A DNA stretch of 44,601 nt from Octopus bimaculoides (GCF_001194135.2 NC_068983.1:144167165-144211765); one strand, 5' to 3'. Numbered from the stretch's first letter, positions 23,063 to 35,711 are shown. Made by a program: numbers and translations. The notes: a model not told the origin generated them from the letters alone.

Positions 23063-23570
23063 TGTAAGGATAAGCAAGTTAGGCAGGTCAATATACAAAG
23101 TATATTGAATACATGAAATACAAAAAAAAAAATGTATTTATGTTTACATACAAGAAGGTCTGACATACACAGAATAGAAAAGATATCAAGAATTAAAGAG
23201 GTTGAAGAAAATTATTACCAATACAACAGCTATTTCTGGGGGCTCGGTGGTCCAAAATAATATTTGCAGATTTATTCCATCTTTGAGCTTCCTTCTGTCA
23301 ACTCCTTCATACGTAAAATCTCTTCCCTGAAAACAGAGGCTTGTTTCATCTGACAATGGAATCAATTTACAAACATTATTTTGGACGACTGAGCCCTCAA
23401 CAGTTGTTGGATTCGTAATACTTTTCTTCAACTCCTTTTATTCTTGATATCGTTTCTATTTAATTCCGTGCAAGTCGGACCTTCTTGTATGTAAACATAT
23501 ATACATTTTTCCTATTTCATGCATTTAATATACTTTCTATATTGAGCTGTCTAACTTGCTTATCCTTACA
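23063..23570. repeat. 508-bp long inverted repeat (arms 23063-23280 and 23356-23570, 75-nt spacer)
   Basis: Perfect 20-mer at the termini (TGTAAGGATAAGCAAGTTAG / CTAACTTGCTTATCCTTACA), perfect 22-mer at 23139-23160 / 23478-23499, colinear throughout at roughly 85% by eye. Confidence 0.92.
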
Positions 23571-24300
23571 TTTACTTCTCTAGCCGCTCAAGTTTAAAAC
23601 ACTTGAGCACTACTATGTGTATTCTATAAGGAAGAATATCTGATTCTCATGTATGAACTATATATGTATATATATATAAGGAAATGTAGTTAAACGCAGG
23701 TGTTATTCAAATCTTTATACTTCCGACATAATGTTTCTCATTTGCAGTTTTATTGCTTTTGTTAAACGATAGAGAATGTCGTCTTTAGAATACACAGCCC
23801 TGCCATAAATCAGACTTGCCAAGGCAAGGAATTTTTGAAAAACACTCCTAAGAAGACTACAATGAAGTTCAAAGATAACAAGCCTAATATGAATGCACGT
23901 GTATGTGTGTGAGTGTGTGTGTGTGTGTGTATTTCTTTATTGCCCACAGGGGGGGGGGGCTAATATATANNNNNNNNNNNNNNNNNNNNNNNNNNNNNNN
24001 NNNNNNNNNNNNNNNNNNNNNNNNNNNNNNNNNNNNNNNNNNNNNNNNNNNNNNNNNNNNNNNNNNNNNNNNNNNNNNNNNNNNNNNNNNNNNNNNNNNN
24101 NNNNNNNNNNNNNNNNNNNNNNNNNNNNNNNNNNNNNNNNNNNNNNNNNNNNNNNNNNNNNNNNNNNNNNNNNNNNNNNNNNNNNNNNNNNNNNNNNNNN
24201 NNNNNNNNNNNNNNNNNNNNNNNNNNNNNNNNNNNNNNNNNNNNNNNNNNNNNNNNNNNNNNNNNNNNNNNNNNNNNNNNNNNNNNNNNNNNNNNNNNNN

Positions 24301-24346
<46 letters not shown>

Positions 24347-24659
24347 TGTATATATACACACATACACAACACACATATATATGCATGTATGTATCGTGAA
24401 GAGCCACCCCAGGATCAAACTCTAGGCAGACTGTCAGCACTTGGTATAATATATCTATTGACTATTGTCAGCGCATCGAGTTCTATATAAGATAATTTTA
24501 GCACTACGTAAGAAATTACAATAAACATATATGAAGTCTTAAATTAATAAATATATATGTATGTGTAATTATATATATCAATTATATACGTAAATTAGTA
24601 TATGTATATAATTTACATATATGTTTATATATATTATATGTATGCATGCATGTAGATAA

Positions 24660-24960
24660 TGGACTCTCCCATCGTAGACGACGTATGAACGTTCAGCTTT
24701 TGTTGAACGACCTGCAAAATTGATTTATTTATAATGATCAAATGTTCGTGCAGCGCATTAGCTCAGTCCCTCCATCAAATCGACGTTATCTGAACAAGCG
24801 CACTGAGTACCTCGCATCAGGTGTCGAAGTAACCGTAGAGCGACGTGAGATGAAGTGTTTTGTTCAGGAACACAGGAACACAATGCACCACCCGGTCTAG
24901 AAATAGAAACCACGATCTTGTGATCATGAGTGCAACTCCCTAATTACTAGGCCATGCACC
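24660..24960 (-). mobile_element. tRNA-derived SINE family D
   Basis: Minus strand A-box-like TGGCCTAGTAATTAGG, degenerate B-box GGTTTCTATTTC, then TGTGTTCCTGAACAAAACACTTCATCTCACGTCGCTC. Confidence 0.6.
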
Positions 24961-24968
24961 CTCATATA

Positions 24969-25023
<55 letters not shown>

Positions 25024-25139
25024 NNNNNNNNNNTGTGTGTGTACACATATATATATATTGTGCGTGCGTGTGTGTGTATATATATATGTATACACACACA
25101 TACACACACACATATATGTATGTACTTATGAGTGTGTCT

Positions 25140-25345
25140 GTGTTTGCCGCCCCGCTCCATCGCTTGACAACTGATGGTGATGTGTTTATGTCCCTGTAAC
25201 TCAGCAAAAGAGACCGATAAAATAAGTACTAGCTTCACAAAGAGTAAGTCCTGAGATCGATTTCTTCGACTAAAACCCTTTAAGATAGTGCTGTAGCATG
25301 ACCGCAGTGAAATGACTGAAACATGGAAAAGAGTAAAAGAGAGAA
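25140..25345 (+). mobile_element. SINE 3' module A preceded by a microsatellite
   Basis: ccatcgcttgacaactgat...gaccgataaaataagtactag...gcatgaccgcagtgaaatgactgaaac...aaaagagtaaaaga. Confidence 0.8.
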
Positions 25346-25423
25346 TATGTGTGTGTTTGTGTGCGCGCGCGTGTATATCCAGGAAGAGAGCGAGGGAGAG
25401 AGAGCGAGAGAGAGAGAGAGAGA

Positions 25424-25461
<38 letters not shown>

Positions 25462-25616
25462 NNNNNNNNNNNNNNNNNNNNNNNNNNNNNNNNNNNNNNN
25501 NNNNNNNNNNNNNNNNNNNNNNNNNNNNNNNNNNNNNNNNNNNNNNNNNNNNNNNNNNNNNNNNNNNNNNNNNNNNNNNNNNNNNNNNNNNNNNNNNNNN
25601 NNNNNNNNNNNNNNNN

Positions 25617-25660
<44 letters not shown>

Positions 25661-27499
25661 ATAATCGTTTGCTCAATGGGGAAGGTGAAATTTCCTGTTA
25701 CGATTCAAACACTTTAATTTGTAATAAAATGTATACACCCTTTTTTACATATTCAATAGTTACTCCCATGTTTCTAATGACAGTCATTTACAATCCATAT
25801 GCACAGAAATATACGAATACGCACATACATGCGTAGATAGTTTTATTATAGTTTATTACATGCCAACGATTTACAGAATTTTTTTTACATTGAAAAGATA
25901 ACCTTGACATCATTTTTGATCGCTGTGCCGTGTATGCGACCTCTTTGTTAAGAATTTTCTAATGTAATATAAATTCTTCCGGAATAATATTATGCTGATA
26001 AATGTTTTATTCAATAACATTAGCATATATTATTAATACTATTAATGGTTACTGTAGAAAAACAAATATTGTATGTACTATAATGTTAATGAAATAGATA
26101 GACACACTCAACGAAATACCATCTGTCAAAAAAAAAATCCTATATTTATAGTTTATCATTTATTTTTTGAATATTTTCACGTACAAATTAGAAATAATTC
26201 AATAAAAGGGTTACATAAGGTGAATATAATTAACGAAATTTTGTCTGAGTATCAAGATAATTTGGCATGCTGATTTCCTATTCACAGGTTGAAATGAAAC
26301 AGTTTCTGTTTATAGCAACAAATCGACCGCTTCGTTGGTTGCAGTTTACTTGAAACATTTACAGTTTTGCGGTTATTTGCACAGAAGTGGAGTTTGTATT
26401 TGTATCTATTTGTGTGGGTTAGCTTATCAATGATTATCTGCTACGGCAAACGTGAAATTAATCATTTATAAAATAATACATTTATGTATATTTTGTAGAA
26501 AGATAATTCTAAGGTTAAAACGACTCAGCAAATCTAAATTCTGTTCGGTCACTTCCATATGCTGAATAGTAAATCATATAATTATCTACCCACACGTTTC
26601 TCAAAATCTACGAAACTGAAAGATAAATATTCGATATCTATAAAAAGTACGAAGTCAGAATTAGGAAAGTTTTATTTTTTACCCTAAATGAAACGCAGCA
26701 ATACACTTCTTGCCATGCTCCGTATAGAAATGCTACTCCAAAACATACGTTGCTATTTTATACATAGTTATTTTCCAATTTACTATAGTTGTTTTTACTA
26801 ATGTATTATGAAAGTTTAAATGATAGAATTGAACTGTTATCTGAATTTTGTCAGAATAAATTATACTTGTTTAGTTTTCAATGATGTCTTTATATATTAA
26901 CTGACCAGTAAATTAAGTGATAATCACTCATTAATCATGTAATCATATTGGTTGATATTTTTTATATCTTCTAACGGTGCATCTCAAAGCTAGTAATCAA
27001 ACAACTTATCAGTCTTAGCAGCTCATTCAATCCAATTGATATTATGTACCGTGCATTAGAGAAAGTTTTATTCCAGCAGGCAGCGAAAACGCTGTAACTG
27101 AATATACCACCGTTTCTGTAGCTTGCAATGGTGTGTACCTGTTCATTCGATTAGCTTGGAAAATGTAAAACTTGTAGATGCGTCATCCGTTGCATCATTT
27201 ATCGGGTCAATGATTCGTTGATGAAATTTTATAACAAATTATACATAACACCTGCGCGCACACACACACTCACACACACACATACACACACACACATACA
27301 CATTATTTTTTTTATGTAGACTATGGCAGACAGATTTATTCATTTAATGTGATTCAGTCTGCAGAAAGGTGATTTAAAACAGAACACTAGCTGCTCTTAT
27401 GTACTAATGAGTGGAATGTTAACTAGTAGCGCAGATTCTAAACCATCTTCCGAGTAAAGGCACATACCAGAGACTCGCTTCTCCTCTATGACATAGTAT

Positions 27500-27690
27500 T
27501 TAGCTGCTGTAAGACCTCGGGTCAACTCTAATCTAATATAAAGATCAATAACCAAAGTTGTTTCAGGCGTGTTTGGTTTAGGACTACATTATCCAATGCA
27601 TTCTATCCCTTTCTTCTAACTTGGTAGGGTATATTTTGAGGGAAATTTTGCTTCTAATTCTAGCAGACTGTTTGACGACATGACTGTTAC
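27500..27690 (+). repeat. Interspersed repeat family E
   Basis: ggactacattatccaatg...ggtagggtatattttgagggaaattttgcttctaattctagcag. Confidence 0.55.
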
Positions 27691-27818
27691 TGTGTTGGCT
27701 TGGTTGTGAGTGAGGAGAGGTAGATATATTTGTTAATCATTCACCGTAATGTTCGGAACTGCTTTATTAAGAAAAGATGATTTGTTTTGTTAATGTTATA
27801 GAAAACATTAATACTCTA

Positions 27819-28036
27819 CGAGGGGATGCTGTAAAGTCCTTGAATTGGGAAAATAAAATACAGGAAGATTAGTTAATTGTGAGTTTATTCAACATATTCC
27901 CTCCACCCACAAATTCATACACTTATTGCAGCGGTCCTTCCGTTTTCCTAAACCCTGTAAAAGAACTCGGAATGTTGGGCCTCCAACTAGGCCTTTGCAA
28001 AACGCTTAAAGTCAGGAACTTTTCAGCACCCCTTCG
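27819..28036. mobile_element. Mariner-derived MITE (218 bp)
   Basis: TA|CGAGGGGATGCTGTAAAGTCCT ... AGGAACTTTTCAGCACCCCTTCG|TA; TA at 27817-27818 and 28037-28038. Confidence 0.8.
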
Positions 28037-29240
28037 TACAGGCAGCTGACATGGAAATATGCTTGATGTACTTTGAAGCAGCAGTCTTTCTGAATTAGTA
28101 TGTCTTTATCATCAAACATTGGGGTAAATTGACCCAATTATTTTACCCTTCAGTGATAAGAAATATAACTTCATCAACAGGTAATCGACACTATTGATTT
28201 ATTTCCGTGGAGAGGGGAGAGAAAGTAATCAATTATATCGACCTCAGTACGAGAATTGCGCTGGGAGTATTAAAGGAAAGATCAATCCATGAGGGGTTTG
28301 AAATCAGAAGGGAGTTAGAAGAATAACTAATCAAATACTGCAGAACTTCTTAAATAGGCGTTCGATTCTGTCTTCATCCTCCGCTTACATTATGACAAAA
28401 GCACCAAGAACAACGAAAATACAACGCAAACACGAACTGTTACTGGTTAGAACTGCAAACAAGATTCACAACTTTTAGTCGGAGTGGACAGTTCTTTATA
28501 TGAGGAAATCGAAAACTACGATTCACGAAGTCATTTCATGCGATTTGTAAACATTTATTTTGAATAAGTGATGTTGTTTACAAACATTTTTCGTTATCAA
28601 TCTTTGGTTAGCGAACAAAGAAATTTAATAGAGAAAACTAGCGCATACGTCTCAGTTTTGCAGTGACCACAAATGAATCAATATTTATTATAAAAATACA
28701 AATAATAATAGTAAAATAGTAAATAAAATAAACAAATCAAAAGTTTAAAAAATGATGAAAGTGAGATATTTCACGTCGTAGAAATGTTTTACCCAGGAGA
28801 GATATTTTGAAAAGTAATATTTTCTCTTGCTGCCTAAGGACTTGTGGTGCAATATTTTCTCTTGCCTAAATGAATGAGATGTAGAAATCTTACGTTATGT
28901 AAAATTTTTCATAAATTTACAAATCTTCATAGTATGTCTGATTATGTGAAACATTTCGTTTACATCTTCAATGTTGTACTATATGGTCCTAAAATTAATG
29001 CGTGACCACTGTTGGATTGTCTTTGATCACATGTCTGTTCGATCAAGGTCGACTAGTAGCTAAAAGGCAACAATTCGAAGTGATATAAACAATAATTTAA
29101 AGCCTGTGCAATCAGAGACTAAAGATTTCGTGCATGTGTGTTTGTGTGTGTGACTCTATGTGCGTGTGCCTATATATAAATGTTCATACATACATACATA
29201 CATACATACATGCACACACACACATACATACATACATACA

Positions 29241-29276
<36 letters not shown>

Positions 29277-29509
29277 TATGGACTTGGACTTGAAAGGTTT
29301 CGTCAATCAAATCGATCCCAGTGATTATTTTAAGTGTGATACAAAATTCCACCGAATAATTTTTTGTACTCACATATATACTTACATATAATGGAAGAGC
29401 AGTTCTTTTAGACATATATTGGAAACACGGCTAGGAAAGAAGTTGATATTTTATTTTCAAATCTAATTGTACGTGCATAAGTGTGTGTCTGTGCGCATGC
29501 ACACACATA

Positions 29510-29836
29510 CAGGTAGAACACCGACTTCCGACTTTCCAGATACTGATGGCTCACCCTCTTATAATGTGCACTAATTCACGAGCAGGAACTAATTCCAGTG
29601 GGCGCCAGACTAGTTTGTGGGTACCTTGCACAGACTTGCACTTTACATAGTGCAGGATTGATAAAACTTGTAACATTTATATTAGTGTTCAGGTGCCTGT
29701 ATTTCATTTAATCATGTAAATTTAATAGTTTAATTTAGAGTGTGTTGACTAAAGTGACAAACCCTGGTTTGGAAAACAACCTGTAACTCGGAATGGCTTT
29801 GGAACGAAATGTTCCGGAAATTCGATGTCGTACCTG
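29510..29836. mobile_element. Probable pogo/Tigger-like MITE (327 bp)
   Basis: TA|CAGGTAGAACACCGACTTCCG versus inverted CAGGTACGACATCGAATTTCCG|TA (about 17 of 22 positions match), TA on both sides. Confidence 0.6.
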
Positions 29837-29851
29837 TATATATTACATATA

Positions 29852-31405
29852 CACTGCGTCCTACATTATTAGACAAATCAAGCATCTCTCAATAAATAAA
29901 CGTATATTCGTTCAAAACCAGTTTTTCTCCCACTGACAGTTGGAAACACCTATCTACGTACATTCTGTTAAAATAAATCGGATCTGCGCAGATGAAAACA
30001 AACGACAGCCATTATCGTGTAGCAGCAACATTTCCGCTGTTCCAAATTATTAGGCAGGTGCCCAATTTAAGTGTCATTATAGGTCAGAAACGTGATCGTA
30101 CCTCGAATGAAAAGTCTACCATCATGTCAGAGCCTGCAAAAGGAAAACAACCATAAAAATATCAAAAATACTGGGAAGAGATCACCGAACAGTGAAGAAA
30201 TTTGTGCAGTCTCCTATTTCTGTTGGGTCGAAGACAGATAAGGGTAAATCGAGGGTTGCTTTGAATCGTACTTTGTCATGTGTGAAAAGGGAAGCTGTGC
30301 GGAACCCATGTGTGACAAGTAGAGACGTCTTTAAACGTCGTGGCATAGAAGACGTATCGAAAACTACCACGTGTCACCTCTTGAAGCAGGTAGCCAGGTA
30401 TGTTAAACCTGAAGGCTGTTCATAAGCAGAAGAGATTGAAATGGCTAGAAGTGTACATTAAGATAGATTTTTCAACAGTTCTGTTCACTGACAAATGTCA
30501 TGGACCAGATGGCAGGAGTAAAGGTTGGGTATCAATCAGCGGGAACCGTCCTCATCGTTTGCGACGCCAACAAGGGGAGAAGTGGAGTCATTTTGGGGGC
30601 TGGTATGACAATCGGGCCATGGAAAGTCCCAGATGGCATTAAGAGGACATCGAAGACTTATGTTACCTTCTTAAAGGACAATTTCGAACCGGGGTTCAAA
30701 AGCAAAAACTTTCATTCAAGAGAAAGCTGGTCTTCATGCAAGATAATGCCCCGTCTCATACAGCAAAGAATTCTAGGGAATACCTGCAGCAAACAGGCTT
30801 ATCTGGAGGTTGTTTGATTAAGTGGCCACTTTGTTCCTCTGACTTAAACCCGTTCGAGAACCTGTAGAGCGCCCTGATGAGGCGCGTTTACCAAAATGGT
30901 AAAGTTGTCAAGTAAAGTTGTCCTCTGGGATGCTATTGTAGATGCTACTCAAAGCATGGTACGAGAGAATATCATCACCATGACAAATTCAATGGATCAG
31001 CGCGTAAGAAAGGCTATTGCATGTGGAGGATCGTACATCAAACATTAGGAACCGCATGCCATTATAATCCCATGATTATTTTCACTCGAACGTACTATGT
31101 TTACCATTATTAAGTCCTTTATGAATAAGTTTTGTGTTAAACCTTTACCGTTGAATTAAAGAAATGTTTGTTCTGACACAATTATCATTTTTATTATACT
31201 TGCCTAATAATTTGTGACGGTGAAAATGTTACCCAATCACAAAAATGGCCGCCATTTGTTGGCGTGTGTACAGATACGATTTATTTTAACAGAATGTGCG
31301 CAGATAGGTGTTGCCAGCAGTCAGTGGGAAAACAACTGGTTTTGAACGAATATACATTTATTTATTGAGAGAAAGTTGATTTGCCTAATAATTTGGGACG
31401 CTGTA
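29852..31405 (+). mobile_element. Tc1-like transposon with about 205-bp IR/DR TIRs and D37E spacing (TRT/DD37E-like), 1554 bp, decayed
   Basis: Left TIR 29852-30058 and right TIR 31199-31405 align; the repeat unit (C)AAATTATTAGGCA occurs at the outer and inner end of each TIR; TA at 29850-29851 and 31406-31407. Confidence 0.95.
30079..31048 (+). pseudogene. DD37E-type Tc1-family transposase pseudogene
   Basis: (I)GQKRD..EKS, RDHRTVKKFV, VLFTD (GAC 30490-30492), GPDG, RRQQG, FMQDNAPSH (GAT 30742-30744), SDLNPFENL (GAG 30856-30858; 37 codons between D and E), GGSYIKH* (31046-31048); start ATG to ATA, frameshifts and stops. Confidence 0.92.
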
Positions 31406-31623
31406 TACATATACTTTCATACATAATACATACACACAGATTCACATACATATATAAATATACACGCGCACGCGCGCGCGCGCGCATACACATGTTTATA
31501 CTATTGCAGAATATATTTATAGATTTTACCTGTTACAACATAGACAGATATAAAGACCTTTTTTGCATATACAATATAGTATATATGCATATTTGTACAG
31601 TGTAAGTTGAAATGTAAAAAATA

Positions 31624-32393
31624 CAAGGTGCATTCCAGAAGGTTTTTTTCTAGGAGAGGCAGTTATAACTGTCTAAGATTATTGTAATTTTACCATATCA
31701 TTACTATACGTCTAATAAGTTGACCTGCTTACTGTTGTTATTCCACATTGAAGGTGAATTCTGCAACAGCACTTTGAACACATCCTGTTATATACTGCTT
31801 GTCACAGTTGATTAGTTTGCAGAATGCAGGCAGGAAGTCTGGAAGCTCGCTACGTAATAAACTGGACAAAAACCGCAACAGAAACTTATGAAACGTTCCA
31901 GACTACTTATGGACTAACGTTTTCGCTAGTAGAGAAGGTTCAAGTACGGTAGAAAGGAGGTGGGAGACGATAGGAAGTGTGGAAGAGATAGAGGGACATC
32001 AGAACATCAGAGCTTATTAAGAAAATACGTAATTTTCATTATGAAGACTATCGTGTGTCGATAAAAACAATAAGCAAAGACTTTGGAGTTGGTATGGTAA
32101 TCGTACACAGAATTATTCACGAAGATCTGAACATACGTAAAATTTGAGTCAAGTTTGTTTCCAGAGTGGTCAAAGGTGAGTATCAGAACCTTCTGTACAG
32201 TCTAGACCTGGTTGTTCCTTGAGCCTTCATTGTGAAGGACTTCCAGTAGGGCCCTCAAGAAGTAGCTGAAGTGTCACAACCAGTACATTGAAATCAAAGG
32301 ATCCGACTTTGAAGGAGATTAGAGTTTTGTACTTCTTTGAAATTAATAAATGTCTCGCCTTCAAAAGTCTGAAAACTTCTGGAATGCATAGTG
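31624..32393 (+). mobile_element. Internally deleted mariner (irritans-like by recall), 770 bp, catalytic domain missing
   Basis: TIR cores TGCATTCCAGAAG(G)TTTT at both ends, TA at 31622-31623 and 32394-32395; N-terminal remnants KTATETYE, IVHRIIHEDLNIRKI*VKFVP join almost directly to C-terminal IEIKGSDFEGD*. Confidence 0.85.
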
Positions 32394-32624
32394 TATAGCT
32401 AATATTAAGATGTTAGTCTGTTTGTATTCCGAAAGTGAAAATTATAAAAAGAACTAGTACATCGGGCTAGAGTGATATACATGTGTATCATCAGATTCAC
32501 TGCAAGAGTAAGTAAACATTTTCAGATCTAATTCTCCAGGTTTGTCGTTTTTCCAACACACACGCACCCCCCCACACGTATATGTATATGTATGTGTTAT
32601 ATATATATATGTTTACACAGATGT

Positions 32625-32750
32625 TCACAAACCCTTCTCACACTGTGTCACGTTGATCTCGACTGAGAATTACTTCAAAGATACACATATATGTGGACTA
32701 CTCAGTCATTTATACGCTGTTCAAGAACCTGGTAGTATCATTGATTGGCA
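32625..32750 (+). repeat. SINE family G body fragment
   Basis: tcacactgtgtcacgttgatctcgactgagaattac...gtggactactcagtcattt resembles 11830-11900. Confidence 0.5.
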
Positions 32751-33409
32751 AGTGAAAAACTTTACGAGATATATTTATTACATACATGCACACTCTGGCT
32801 TTCTCTGCTTCCCTCTGTCTGTTTGTCTGTTTTTCTCACTTACATACGCATACATATAGATGGTTGTTTGTGTATGTGTGTGTGTTGTGTGTGTGTGTAT
32901 GTGTGTGTGTGTGTGTGATATGGTCCACTGTGTATACATAGTTCTAGAATATATCCATATATACGCTTACAAAATTCTTACAAAACATACACAAAGTGTC
33001 ACGCAATATAGTAAAACAGATGGAAATATAAAAATCAACAAATGCCATTAAACTCTTGTCATTGAAAAGGAAAAGGAAAAATGGATGGTAAAAACATAAT
33101 ACACAAGAGATTTTCTATCTGGCTCGGTGTAAAAGTTTCTAAATTTATCAGTAGAAACAATTGCTATTCTACTCTAAAGCTTAAATGTTAGTGCTCTAAA
33201 AAATTCCTGTTATTCGCGATGTATTTATTTCGATCTCGACGCCTACTTCACTTAACGTCCTCTATGAGATTGTATACCAATCGACTTCAAACATTAATGC
33301 ATGTGTCACTTATTTGTTGCGTTGTAACAGACTCTTCGCTGTCTCAATCATCTTGTTATGCGCTGTTTCACTCACCCTGTTAAAGGCAATGTCAATAATG
33401 TGCTCCTCT

Positions 33410-33840
33410 CACCTTGTTTTATAGTGCTACATTCATCGTCTTATCCGGTGTTCTTCTCAACTAGTTTTACGGTGCTCAGCTTATCTTGGTACACGGTCAT
33501 CCGTTCCTTTCACTATGTTGCTACGCGGGAAACCACTAGTGCTGTAATACAGTGTTCCTTTCCTATTATTATACGGCACCCCCTCTCAACTTGCTATACC
33601 TTGCAACCCTTGTTATACGATGTGTCACTAATGTGGTTATACGATGCTCCACTCATTTTGCTTTACGGTGCATATCGCTTTTTTCTACTCCCCATAACGA
33701 TGCGCCAGTCATTATACGATGCTATATACATTTTGTTATCCAATACACTGTTCATCTTGCAATACATTATTCCATTCATGTGTTCATATTATACCTCTCT
33801 GCTTTTGCTATACTTCTACTATGCTGTATTGTACTGTGTG
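33410..33840 (+). repeat. Degenerate minisatellite, unit about 23-24 bp, core (G/T)TTATACG(A/G)TGC
   Basis: Core variants recur at near-regular spacing (for example near 33466, 33568, 33612, 33636, 33660, 33712). Confidence 0.6.
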
Positions 33841-33903
33841 TCACTGTATATTAGTATATAATCTGTTTTCGTTGACTAGCTATAAAGTTCCTATATTTTT
33901 CAG

Positions 33904-33953
33904 GAAGTAAGGTGGTGGGTAGACCCAGACAACTATGAGGGAGAGATCATGAG
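33904..33953 (+). CDS. Candidate 50-nt internal exon (phase 0 in, phase 2 out): EVRWWVDPDNYEGEIM
   Basis: Acceptor ctatatttttCAG, donor GAG|GTATGT; only one of three frames is open; GC-richer island in AT-rich DNA. Protein not recognised. Confidence 0.55.
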
Positions 33954-35184
33954 GTATGTTTACTCTTTTTCCAAAAAATATTAGCAGATTAATAAAAGTG
34001 AGAGGGAGGAAAAAGAGTGGGAAGATTTAAAGATTTTAGAGTTCGATTAACCCGAACGATATTCTTCTTTACTTAGTGATCACCGATCTTATAGGATTCG
34101 GATTACTGAAACCCACTGTGTTTCACTATTCATTAATTTTGCAAAGATGTAAAAGATTTCAGGAGAAAACAAAAGGAAACATGTAAACAATTCAGCAGCA
34201 GATAAATAAGACAAAGAGCTATAAGGAAATAAGCGGGTAGCGAATTAATTGCAAACGAAATAATCATGTGATTAGATAAAGGACAACGGTTACGCCTGAA
34301 GGGATTCGGGAAGACAGATGTCGTGTTACTTATTGTTTCTATTTTTGCAATTGTTAGAATGTGAGAACACAATTTAATTATTACAGTTTCTTGCATCACG
34401 TTACTGCCAATGAGCCGATGGTGATGGAAGCGATTAAGTTCACGAAAGCAAGCTTATTGTATATATATATGTGCTTATATATATCTATATANNNNNNNNN
34501 NNNNNNNNNNNNNNNNNNNNNNNNNNNNNNNNNNNNNNNNNNNNNNNNNNNNNNNNNNNNNNNNNNNNNNNNNNNNNNNNNNNNNNNNNNNNNNNNNNNN
34601 NNNNNNNNNNNNNNNNNNNNNNNNNNNNNNNNNNNNNNNNNNNNNNNNNNNNNNNNNNNNNNNNNNNNNNNNNNNNNNNNNNNNNNNNNNNNNNNNNNNN
34701 NNNNNNNNNTATATATTTATATATATATATGTATGTATATATGCGTACAGCTTCTCATCTGCTGTAGCCGGAACAAAGATGACCCAAAATCGTAAAAATA
34801 AAGAGAAATACAAACGAATTTTGCTTTTGAGATGAAGTTGTAACACCTACCTTTTTTATGTGGCAACGTTTTATAATATGATATAAATTTTATCTCATCT
34901 ATATTTCCACCATCCTATGTCACCAGCACGCTATTCTACGGGACTTTCGTCTCCGCTGATCCAACTCAGCTACTTCCCAAATCTTCCATGAACATCATCT
35001 CCCTTCCTTCAGACGCAATCTCAGTCTGTATCACATTTCTCTCTCGCCAAACAACCCTGATCAATGTTCCTACTCCAACCTACGTTGCAACACTTCCCCT
35101 ACCATCCAGGAAATCAATACCTTATACGCACCTGCTATATTGTGCCTTTAGATTTTTGTTTGTGATTTTTGTTATTGTTGCTGT

Positions 35185-35430
35185 TGGTTTAACACTGGTC
35201 AGCTCTAAGTGAGCGTATCTATAATCAAAGGCGTTCATGAGTTGATCTTCACTACAAGATTTAATGTAAACAAGGGTACATTATTCTTGATGTATATAAC
35301 ACCGGTCTCTGTGATAATGGTAAGGTGTGATTTGAAGAAGAATTTGAGTTCTTAAAACGGTACCGTGCTATTTCATTTGAGGAAGATTTGGTTGCTATTG
35401 CAAGTAAGTAGATCAGCTACATAGAGGTTA
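35185..35430 (+). repeat. Interspersed repeat family E (degenerate)
   Basis: ggtacattatt...ggtaaggtgtgatttgaag...tttgaggaagatttggttgctattgcaag...ctacatagagg. Confidence 0.45.
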
Positions 35431-35704
35431 CCCTGATACTTCGTTATCTTTATGCCATTATACTTGCAATAGTAATTACATTAAAATCTGACTGGACATA
35501 CCAGAGTTTTCAAGGAAGCATGAAATTCCAACTGAAATTCAACACTTGCGCTAGCAATAATTATCTTGACCTAAATAAGAGGTAATAAATGAAGTGGCAT
35601 GATCTTTGGAAACGTCAGACAAATTAACTATAATGGTAATGTTTGCATTTTATTCACGATAAGGAACTAATTCTATTTAAAGCTATCTTCTGTTCTTACC
35701 TCAG

Positions 35705-35711
35705 AATAACA
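35705..35711 (+). CDS. Possible 7-nt microexon (AATAACA)
   Basis: Branch-point-like CTAAT at 35667-35671, pyrimidine tract, CAG at 35702-35704, then ACA|GTGAGT. Confidence 0.2.

Noticed and set aside
23186-23431. 81-aa minus-strand ORF
   Set aside because: Lies across both arms of the inverted repeat; no homology recognised.
27076-27170. Possible phase-1 exon AGSENAVTEYTTVSVACNG
   Set aside because: Acceptor is acceptable but no convincing donor precedes the in-frame stop.
31445-31468. (CG)n run with Z-DNA potential
   Set aside because: Ordinary microsatellite variant; similar runs occur elsewhere in the window.
33358-33861. 167-aa plus-strand ORF
   Set aside because: Explained by the degenerate 23-24-bp tandem repeat; no domain motifs.
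34387-34460. Alternative phase-2 exon (S)FLHHVTANEPMVMEAIKFTK after 33953
   Set aside because: Phase-compatible but the pyrimidine tract is weak and no good donor is present; cannot be fully excluded without RNA-seq.
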